Positions 1 through 6,913 of a stretch of 32,000 bases of DNA are shown one piece after another. Positions within the stretch are counted from its first letter, which is position 1. Each line of letters begins with the position of its first letter. Source of the DNA: an uncultured bacterium (lineage in GTDB: Bacteria > Auribacterota > JACPWU01); assembly GCA_964640155.1 (NCBI GenBank), contig CAZXEQ010000002.1, forward strand, positions 330,001-362,000. The letters are read 5' to 3'. Made by a program: the position numbers and the translations under genes. The notes beneath the pieces were generated by a model that made no database searches, was not told the DNA's origin, and saw only the letters and a program-made list of their open reading frames with translations.

Positions 1-1122
1 AATCAACTTGGTAAAAAATACAAAGATCCCAGTGTTGGAGATTATTTTAAAGATAAAAAGTTTATTGAACCTATCATCAGGAATAGATATCTCTCATTAT
101 TAAAAAGAATAGAAAAAGAGGAAAAACCCTCAAAAATTGCGACTGCAACTTCAGAAAAACCATTTTATCTTTGTGGTAATTTTTATACAGATGGGAAAAA
201 TGTTTATACTCATGCAGTTATCGAATATCGAATGGTAGAAAAAGTGGTCAAAGATGCAGATCCCTATAGCTTTAAGCCTTTAAAGGATAATTATTATATA
301 GATAAAAATTTTGCTTATCATTTTTATCAAAAAATAGAAGGTAGTCACGGTCCGACTTTTAAGGTTTTACCTGGAACTGACGGTGTTTATTGTCTAGATA
401 AAAATTATTTATATTACAGTGGTAACCTACTCAAAGATGTTGATGTCAAAAATTATAAATTGATTAAAAATGCCTTTGTTATTTCAGGCCATCACGTTTT
501 TATTTATGGGGAAAAGGCAGATTTCTTGGATGGAGAAACTTTTGAAGTTTTGTCGTCATATTATTTCAAAGATAAAAAAGGTATCTATGGATTAAATGTT
601 TATCCTCTCGATAAAGAATTGGTAAAAGATAGTCTTGAAATTAAAGAGGCGGATAAAGAGACGTTTGAAGTTGTTTTTGATAATTTTGATACTGACTATG
701 CTGGTGGAGAGCATTGTGCTTATGCCAAGGACAAAAATAATGCGTATTTCAAAAATGCTGTTTTAAAAGGAATTGATCCTGAAAACTTTAATTATAAAGG
801 TAAGGGATACTTGATTGATGGCCAGAATATCTATTACCTTAATAAACGGATTCAAGGAAGTGATGCAAAGACGTTAGATATTGATTTGCCTTTCTATTTT
901 GCCAAAGACAAAAACAAGGCTTATTACTGCGGAATAGAATTGCCGAATGTAGACATTAAAACGTTCAAAGTTTTGCCCAACAGCGCTTATGCCCGAGATA
1001 AAAACAAAATATATTATATGAGTAAAGCGATGGTAAATGTGGATATTGACTCCTTTGAAGTCGTTACTTGGAATCAGGCAAAAGATAAAAAATCAAAAAT
1101 TTATATGGATGAAAGAATCTAA
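1..1122 (+). CDS. DKNYY-family repeat protein (5' end runs off the window)
   Basis: The track ORF is 232..1122. The same frame has no stop from base 1 to 231, and its translation (YFKDKKFI, FYTDGKNVYTH) continues the repeat, so the ATG at 232 is probably internal. Repeated D-K-N/K-x-x-Y-Y/F units (DKNFAYHF, DKNYLYYS, DKKGIYG, DKNNAYF, DKNKAYY, DKNKIYY) match the DKNYY repeat family. Confidence 0.6.
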   Translation, partial: NQLGKKYKDPSVGDYFKDKKFIEPIIRNRYLSLLKRIEKEEKPSKIATATSEKPFYLCGNFYTDGKNVYTHAVIEYRMVEKVVKDADPYSFKPLKDNYYIDKNFAYHFYQKIEGSHGPTFKVLPGTDGVYCLDKNYLYYSGNLLKDVDVKNYKLIKNAFVISGHHVFIYGEKADFLDGETFEVLSSYYFKDKKGIYGLNVYPLDKELVKDSLEIKEADKETFEVVFDNFDTDYAGGEHCAYAKDKNNAYFKNAVLKGIDPENFNYKGKGYLIDGQNIYYLNKRIQGSDAKTLDIDLPFYFAKDKNKAYYCGIELPNVDIKTFKVLPNSAYARDKNKIYYMSKAMVNVDIDSFEVVTWNQAKDKKSKIYMDERI

Positions 1123-1176
1123 AGTATAAATTTTTTTGATCTAGAACGTTTCTTTTAACCTACACATCATCTAACC

Positions 1177-1530
1177 ATGAAAAAAGATCAGTTGTTTCAT
1201 GATTATGTTATTCATGAGGTTTTGAAAAACGTTGCTGATATTACCAGCCGTGCCATGTTTGGAGGTTGGGGCATTTACAAAGATGGCATTATTTTTGCAA
1301 TTATCGCTGATGGTGAACTCTATTTTAAAGTGGATGATAGTAATCGTGTTAATTTCGAAAAATTTGACAGCCATCCGTTTGTCTATTCTCAGGGCAAACA
1401 TAAACAGACCACGATGTCTTATTGGTTATTGCCAGAAGAAATTATGGAAGACGAGCTAGAGCTTACTCGATGGGTAGAGGGTTCGGTAAATGTAAGTAAG
1501 CAGAGCAAGAAAAAGATAACTTTGCAATAG
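1177..1530 (+). CDS. TfoX N-terminal domain protein
   Basis: This is a 117-aa ORF. The segment SRAMFGGWGIYKDGIIFAIIADGELYFKVD is the typical core of the TfoX/Sxy N-terminal domain. The overlapping minus ORF 1171..1401 is low complexity and is ignored. Confidence 0.6.
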   Translation: MKKDQLFHDYVIHEVLKNVADITSRAMFGGWGIYKDGIIFAIIADGELYFKVDDSNRVNFEKFDSHPFVYSQGKHKQTTMSYWLLPEEIMEDELELTRWVEGSVNVSKQSKKKITLQ

Positions 1531-1646
1531 AATTTTTCTTAAACATACAGCACATGAATCAATATTGAAGACAGAATTTATTTTATGATCTATCTCATAG
1601 AGCCTGGCAGTCTTTTCCTTTAAGCTTTCTCTCAAAGGAGTGAAAT

Positions 1647-3875
1647 ATGCCTCAAAAAATTATTGTTGTGGGTGGGGTTGCTGGAGGAGCAAGTGCTGCT
1701 GCAAAGGCCAGACGTGTCGATGAACATGCTGAGATTATTATTTTTGAAAGAGGGAGGTATGTCTCTTTTGCAAATTGTGGTTTGCCTTATTATGTGGGGG
1801 GCGCAATCTCCAAGAGAGAGGCTCTTCTACTTCAAACTCCAGAAAGTTTTTGGAAACGTTTCAGAGTTAAAGTGTATATCCTCCAGGAAGTTTTAAGTGT
1901 GGATCGTCCCAATAAAAAAGTGAAAGTTAAAGATCTTGCAACATCTCATGTCTTAGATTTTTCTTATGATAAATTGATTCTTGCGACTGGAGCAGGTGCG
2001 ATCATTCCCCCACTTCCAGGAATTCAAGCCTACAATATTTTTACCGTCAAGACAGTTCCAGATTCTGACAAAATCAAAGAATATATCTCGAAATATCATC
2101 CAAAGCGTGTTGTTGTTGTGGGAGGAGGTTTTATTGGACTTGAATCCGCAGAGGCTTTAAAAAATCTAGGTTTACAAGTGACTTTAGTAGAGGCATTGCC
2201 ACAGATTCTCCCTCCTTTTGATCCGGATATGGCTCGCTTTGTTGCCGATCAGATGACCAATGCAGGGATTGATTTGGTATTGGGAGATGGGATCAAGTCT
2301 TTTCAGGGAGCAGCATTAGCCAATGAAGTTGAATTACAGAGTGGGCGAAAACTTCCCATGGATTTTGCCATTCTTTCGATTGGTGTTCGGCCAGAATTAA
2401 AATTGGCACAGGACGCAGGTTTGATGATCGGTCATTCAGGCGGGATCTCTGTAAATGAATATCAACAGACATCGGATCCCAATATTTATGCAGCGGGAGA
2501 TGCTGTTGAGATTGTGCATCTTGTGACAGGAGAAAAAACAAGAATTCCTCTTGCAGGTCCGGCCAATAAACAAGGGCGTGTGGCTGGAGCTAATGCGGCC
2601 GGAGGACATCTTGTTTTCCCTGGAGCTGTAGGAACGGCAATTGTTGAATGTATGGGAATTACAGCTGCAAAAACAGGCCTTTCGGAAAGGGAAGCAGAAA
2701 AAAATGGATTGAAATTTTATTCGTCTCAAACCCATTCTTTGGATCATGCAGGTTATTATCCTGGAAGTAGTCTGCTCCATATGAAGATGATTGTAGAAAT
2801 AGAAACAGGGCGTTTGCTAGGGGCCCAGGTGATAGGTGAAAAAGGAGTGGATAAACGCATTGATGTATTAGCGACAGCTCTTTTTTGTAAGATGAAAGTC
2901 AGCGACGTTGAAAATTTAGATTTGGCTTATGCTCCTCAATTCTCTTCAGCTAAAGACCCAGTGATTATGGCGGGTTTTGTTGCATCCAATATTCAACGTG
3001 CCGAGTTCAAAGGAATCACTTGTCAAGCTCTTCAAGAAAAACTTCAGAAAAACAAAGATATTCAAATTGTGGATGTTCGCACTCGCGAAGAAGTTGCAAG
3101 TGGCTCGATACCTCAAGCTATTCTTATCCCCCTGGATGAATTGCGAGAATGTTTGGATAAATTAAATCCGGAAAAAGAAACAGTGGTTTATTGTAAAGTA
3201 GGATTAAGAGGATATTTAGCTGCTAGAATATTGGAGCAAAGTGGATTTCATCACGTATTTAATTTGACAGGAGGACTTTTGTCCTGTCCGAGTCATGAAA
3301 AAGCTTTTCATGACATCGGGGGGAAAAATCCTGTTTCGAGTGTGAACGTTCATGAATTAAAAGCAATGGTTGAAAACAAGTCATGCCTTGTTATTGATGT
3401 GAGAGAAAAAGATGAGTTTAGATATGAATTCATTCCTCAGACAAAAAATATTCCTTTAAGTCAGCTGAACTTGGAGAAGAATCAGTTGTCCAAGGAAACT
3501 CCTGTTTATGTGATGTGTCAAGCCGGAGCACGTTCCCGCGTGGCTGTTGATCAGTTGAGATCTTGGGGTTTTACAAGTCCCATTCTTGTCGAAGGAGGGC
3601 TTCAGGCTTGGAAAAATGCAGGTTTTTCGATCAAAAAAGTAGGGCCTCTTCCTCTCATGCGCCAGGTCCAAATTGTTGCAGGAGTATTGATTTTGATAGG
3701 CTCTTTATTACCAGGATTTAAAGGTATTGCAATTTTTGTAGGGGCTGGGCTTGTTTTTGCAGGAGCAAGTGGCTGGTGCGGTATGGCCATGTTGTTACAA
3801 AAGATGCCTTGGAATCAGCGTTTTTCGAAAAACATAAGCTGTGATACCCAGAACTCTCCTTGTTCAAAGAATTAA
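1647..3875 (+). CDS. CoA-disulfide reductase / persulfide reductase-like flavoprotein fused to two rhodanese domains and a DUF2892 (YgaP-like) membrane tail
   Basis: FAD motif VVGGVAGGASAA, redox cysteine in SFANCGLPYY, and second Rossmann motif VVVVGGGFIGLE. Two rhodanese active-site loops follow (CKVGLRG and CQAGARS). The hydrophobic C-terminus ends in GWCGMAMLL. The RBS AAAGGAG ends 6 nt before the ATG. Confidence 0.8.
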   Translation: MPQKIIVVGGVAGGASAAAKARRVDEHAEIIIFERGRYVSFANCGLPYYVGGAISKREALLLQTPESFWKRFRVKVYILQEVLSVDRPNKKVKVKDLATSHVLDFSYDKLILATGAGAIIPPLPGIQAYNIFTVKTVPDSDKIKEYISKYHPKRVVVVGGGFIGLESAEALKNLGLQVTLVEALPQILPPFDPDMARFVADQMTNAGIDLVLGDGIKSFQGAALANEVELQSGRKLPMDFAILSIGVRPELKLAQDAGLMIGHSGGISVNEYQQTSDPNIYAAGDAVEIVHLVTGEKTRIPLAGPANKQGRVAGANAAGGHLVFPGAVGTAIVECMGITAAKTGLSEREAEKNGLKFYSSQTHSLDHAGYYPGSSLLHMKMIVEIETGRLLGAQVIGEKGVDKRIDVLATALFCKMKVSDVENLDLAYAPQFSSAKDPVIMAGFVASNIQRAEFKGITCQALQEKLQKNKDIQIVDVRTREEVASGSIPQAILIPLDELRECLDKLNPEKETVVYCKVGLRGYLAARILEQSGFHHVFNLTGGLLSCPSHEKAFHDIGGKNPVSSVNVHELKAMVENKSCLVIDVREKDEFRYEFIPQTKNIPLSQLNLEKNQLSKETPVYVMCQAGARSRVAVDQLRSWGFTSPILVEGGLQAWKNAGFSIKKVGPLPLMRQVQIVAGVLILIGSLLPGFKGIAIFVGAGLVFAGASGWCGMAMLLQKMPWNQRFSKNISCDTQNSPCSKN

Positions 3876-3949
3876 TAATCAATTTTTGTTTAAAAAATCT
3901 TTTGAATTGTTGTTCTTTTCTAATCTTCTAACATTTATAATTACTCCCT

Positions 3950-4924
3950 ATGACCATCCCTCAAAAATTCTCTCAAGAAAAACTTAGCTCTCTTCTTCAA
4001 AATGCTTTCAATAAGAGAAAGCGGTTGTTAAATATTACAAATGCAATCCGATTGGTGAATGGACAGGGAGATGGTTTAAAGGGATTGGTGATTGATCGAT
4101 ATCATTCTCATTACATGGTTCAGGTTTATGATGATCAATGGGCCTCACGTTTGGAAGAGATAAAAAAGATTATTTTGGATGAAGAACATCCTGAGTTTTT
4201 AATCTTTAAAGAAACCTCCTCAGAAAAATCAGATCAAAATAGTTTTTATCGGGACTTAACATTTATGCAAGCAAGTTCTAAAACCATTGTTGCTGAAAAT
4301 GGTCTAAAATTTGAGGTTGATCTTGATGATGGCATAAATGCAGGCCTTTTTTTAGACATGCGTGCGAATCGTCAAAAAATACGAGAGATTGTAAAAGGAA
4401 AAGAAGTCCTTAATTGTTTTGCCTATACTTGTTCTTTTGGAGTTTATGCTCGTGCAGGAGGTGCCCTCAGAGTTGTGAATGTAGATATCAGTCAAAAAGC
4501 TCTCGACAAAGGGAAAAAGAATTATGAATTAAATCATCTTTCTCTGTCTGAAAACGAATTTGTAAAAATGGAGACGATAGAATATTTGGAAAGAGCCATC
4601 ATTAAAAAAAATGTATTTGATGTTGTCATTATTGATCCTCCTTCTTTTGCAAGATATGATGGGAAAGTCTTTTCTGTAAGAGAGAAAATGGGACGATTGA
4701 TCGAATTTGCAATGAGGATTCTGAAGCCCTCAGGATATTTGTTAATCGCAACGAATTTTTCAGAATTTTCTCTTACGATGCTTGAAAATGAGATAAAAGA
4801 TAGACTGAGATTTCTGGGGAAAAAGATAAAACAGGTGGATGTTTTAGGACAAGACAGTGATTTCCGTGGAAGTGGAACCATGAAGGAAAGTTATTTGGCT
4901 GCAGTTCTCATAAATTTAGTATGA
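3950..4924 (+). CDS. class I SAM-dependent RNA methyltransferase, RlmI/RlmK-like
   Basis: This is a 324-aa ORF. It has the SAM-binding region LNCFAYTCSFGVYA and the catalytic-type motif VVIIDPPSF, as in PF10672-type rRNA m5C methyltransferases. Confidence 0.6.
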   Translation: MTIPQKFSQEKLSSLLQNAFNKRKRLLNITNAIRLVNGQGDGLKGLVIDRYHSHYMVQVYDDQWASRLEEIKKIILDEEHPEFLIFKETSSEKSDQNSFYRDLTFMQASSKTIVAENGLKFEVDLDDGINAGLFLDMRANRQKIREIVKGKEVLNCFAYTCSFGVYARAGGALRVVNVDISQKALDKGKKNYELNHLSLSENEFVKMETIEYLERAIIKKNVFDVVIIDPPSFARYDGKVFSVREKMGRLIEFAMRILKPSGYLLIATNFSEFSLTMLENEIKDRLRFLGKKIKQVDVLGQDSDFRGSGTMKESYLAAVLINLV

Positions 4925-5018
4925 GATGAAACATTTTGATAGAATAATGGGCTTTAGAGGGGTGTAATTATTAGACGGGTTTTTTGATCTTTAGAATACG
5001 ATAGATGAGGTTTTTTTA

Positions 5019-5105
5019 GGAAGGGTGGCTGAGTGGTTGAAAGCGCGGGTCTCGAAAATCCGTTTCCGAGCAATCGGAACGTGGGTTCGAATCCCACCCC
5101 TTCCG
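5019..5105 (+). tRNA. tRNA-Ser (anticodon CGA)
   Basis: Hand-folded cloverleaf. Acceptor GGAAGGG/CCCTTCC. Anticodon stem CGGGT/ATCCG with loop CTCGAAA. Long variable arm TTCCGA-GCAA-TCGGAA. T arm GTGGG-TTCGAAT-CCCAC. Discriminator G. No CCA is encoded. Confidence 0.9.
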
Positions 5106-5128
5106 ATTCTAAAATTTTTTGAATATAT

Positions 5129-5239
5129 GGTAGGGATTCGAAGGGTACCCGAGCGCGTCCTGTGGACGATGAAGCGAGGGACCCCGGCTCCGGAGGAACG
5201 AATGAAATGAGTGGGGTAGGAGGAATCCCACCCCTTCCG
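5129..5239 (+). repeat. tRNA-linked element, copy A (ends with a 17-nt duplicate of the tRNA-Ser(CGA) 3' end)
   Basis: GAATCCCACCCCTTCCG at 5223-5239 is identical to 5089-5105 inside the tRNA. The 5' end GGGATTCGAAGGG (5132-) is shared with copies B and C. Its GGGATTC is the reverse complement of the element's 3' GAATCCC. Confidence 0.6.
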
Positions 5240-5385
5240 TCAGACTACGCTTCTGGGGGGACTTTGTCTGGCAGTGCCAGGCATGTAATCTTTTAATTTA
5301 AGAAGTAGGTGAGAGGGATCTATTAACTAAGTTATTCAAGTTGTGTTAAGATGTCCGCTAAACATTTAGTTTAAAGGAGGTTATT

Positions 5386-5766
5386 ATGGAAGGAATGGTT
5401 ACACGAAAGGTGGAATTAAGAGGAATTGGATTTTTTTCAGTATTTAAGATTTTTTTCTCAATCATATTGTTTTTTTCATTAGTTTTTCTTATCCTGTTTG
5501 ATCTTTTTGGCTTTCAAATTGTGGGGACTTTGGCTGGATGGATAGGGGATATCAGACAGCTTTTTGTTGATTTGCAAACAAAGTTTCCAAGTATTTTTGA
5601 TAACAAGATATTATTTTCTTTGTTTCAATCTTTGTTATTAGGACTTATTTTAGGGCTGTTTATTGGTATTGCAACAGGCATTTTCAACCTTTTTGTAGCT
5701 CTTTTAGGTGGATTGAGTATTAAAATTAGAGAGAAGACCCCCGAGAAAAAAACATCATATCTTTAA
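5386..5766 (+). CDS. small hydrophobic membrane protein, function unknown
   Basis: This is a 126-aa ORF with a strong RBS (AAAGGAGG, 5 nt spacer, ATG). It has several long hydrophobic segments (FFSVFKIFFSIILFFSLVFLILF, LLLGLILGLFIGIATGIF). I recognise no family. Confidence 0.55.
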   Translation: MEGMVTRKVELRGIGFFSVFKIFFSIILFFSLVFLILFDLFGFQIVGTLAGWIGDIRQLFVDLQTKFPSIFDNKILFSLFQSLLLGLILGLFIGIATGIFNLFVALLGGLSIKIREKTPEKKTSYL

Positions 5767-5860
5767 AACTAGGGGATGGGGAGTAGGGCATAGGGTTTAG
5801 GGGAGGTAAGTATGAAAGTATTTTATCCCTGAATTTTAAGCTCTACTCTCTATTTTTGTC

Positions 5861-5934
5861 GCGCCCGTAGCTCAGCTGGATAGAGCACTTGCCTACGAAG
5901 CAAGGGGCCACAGGTTCAAATCCTGTCGGGCGCA
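5861..5934 (+). tRNA. tRNA-Arg (anticodon ACG)
   Basis: Acceptor GCGCCCG/CGGGCGC. D arm GCTC-AGCTGGATA-GAGC. Anticodon stem CTTGC/GCAAG with loop CTACGAA. T arm ACAGG-TTCAAAT-CCTGT. Discriminator A. Confidence 0.9.
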
Positions 5935-5974
5935 CGAATTCACGAGTGCAATAATTACTTGAGTCATTAACGGC

Positions 5975-6065
5975 AGGATTTGAAGGGAGGGCCGGGTGGC
6001 CGACTTGTAGGTCGAAGACCGGAAGGCACCAAATCCTCTCTCCGGAGACGGGCATGCTGTCGGGC
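5975..6065 (+). repeat. tRNA-linked element, copy B
   Basis: It shares AGGATTTGAAGGGAGGGCCGGGTGGCCGAC with copy C. The internal AAATCCTCTCTCCG resembles the tRNA-Ser(GCU) 3' end. CTGTCGGGC (6057-6065) repeats 5923-5931 of tRNA-Arg. The ends AGGATTTG and CAAATCCT are complementary. Confidence 0.5.
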
Positions 6066-6077
6066 CCCAAACTTTAT

Positions 6078-6569
6078 ATGAAGTGTGAATGTATGATACA
6101 AGAGACTCCTATTGATGAAAAAGATATAAAGTATATGACTGAAGCTTTGAAAGAAGCTCAGTATGCTTTTGATGATGGAGAAACACCTGTAGGAGCTTGT
6201 ATTGTGTATGAAGGGAAAATTATTGCACGCTCTCATAATCAAGTGGAGCTTTTAAGAGATTCTACGGCTCATGCTGAGATGATTGCCATGACTCAAGCTG
6301 CCGATTTTCTGAATAACTGGCGATTGTTAAATTGTACACTTTATGTGACAAAAGAGCCTTGTTTGATGTGCACAGGTGCGATTTTGCTTTCAAGAATTCC
6401 TCGGCTTGTTTTTGGTGCTTTTGATGTGAGAAATAGGGGATTAAGAGATTTAATTCATCCAGGTTATGAACCAGAAATGAAACAATTAAATATAGTGCAG
6501 GGAGTTTTAGAAGCAGATTGTCAATTTCTTTTGAAAGAATTTTTTAAGAAGGCTAGAGAAAAATCATAG
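6078..6569 (+). CDS. tadA: tRNA-specific adenosine deaminase
   Basis: Deaminase zinc motifs HAEMIA and PCLMCTGA, with TadA-like size and the context GETPVGACIV. The track ORF starts at 6054 inside repeat B. ATG 6078 or 6093 is the more plausible start. Confidence 0.8.
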   Translation: MKCECMIQETPIDEKDIKYMTEALKEAQYAFDDGETPVGACIVYEGKIIARSHNQVELLRDSTAHAEMIAMTQAADFLNNWRLLNCTLYVTKEPCLMCTGAILLSRIPRLVFGAFDVRNRGLRDLIHPGYEPEMKQLNIVQGVLEADCQFLLKEFFKKAREKS

Positions 6570-6623
6570 GTTGTAAATTAGTTTTTTATTTCGAATTACG
6601 ATATACGAGATACTATTTTTGAA

Positions 6624-6712
6624 GGAGAGGTGGCTGAGTGGCCTAAAGCGACGGCTTGCTAAGCCGTTGTACTGTTAATTCAGTACCGGGGGTTCGAATC
6701 CCCCCCTCTCCG
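6624..6712 (+). tRNA. tRNA-Ser (anticodon GCT)
   Basis: Acceptor GGAGAGG/CCTCTCC. Anticodon stem ACGGC/GCCGT with loop TTGCTAA. Long variable arm GTACTG-TTAATT-CAGTAC. T arm GGGGG-TTCGAAT-CCCCC. Discriminator G. Confidence 0.9.
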
Positions 6713-6913
6713 AAGTTTATTGGTAGCTTTAAAGTTAGCGGAAAGCAGCTTGAGCAAGAGGTCCATGTCGGTTATTGGGATTCGAAGGGAGGCCTGACAT
6801 AGCATAATGCAAATCATGCACTGCATGATTTGCGACTGTTAGGAGGGCCGGGTGGCCGACCGGAGTGAGTGTAACGAACGTAGGCGCCGAATCCCCCCCT
6901 CTCCGAAGTTTAT
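6713..6913 (+). repeat. tRNA-linked element, copy C (bounded by a 26-nt direct repeat of the tRNA-Ser(GCU) 3' end plus 8 flanking nt)
   Basis: CGAATCCCCCCCTCTCCGAAGTTTAT occurs at 6695-6720 and again at 6888-6913. The conserved core GGGATTCGAAGGGAGG starts at 6777, and GGAGGGCCGGGTGGCCGAC is at 6842-6860. An extra perfect 11-bp hairpin lies at 6809-6833. Confidence 0.65.

Noticed and set aside
5025-5210. Plus-strand ORF of 61 aa.
   Set aside because: It starts inside tRNA-Ser(CGA) and runs through repeat copy A. It is an artefact of GC-rich non-coding sequence.
5129-5239. Possible tmRNA (ssrA), because GGGATTCGAAGGG resembles the GGATTCGACGGG near the tmRNA 5' end and the 3' end is tRNA-like.
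   Set aside because: At about 110 nt it is far too short. It has no resume codon or tag ORF and no pseudoknot-sized body. Three related copies exist, whereas ssrA is single-copy.
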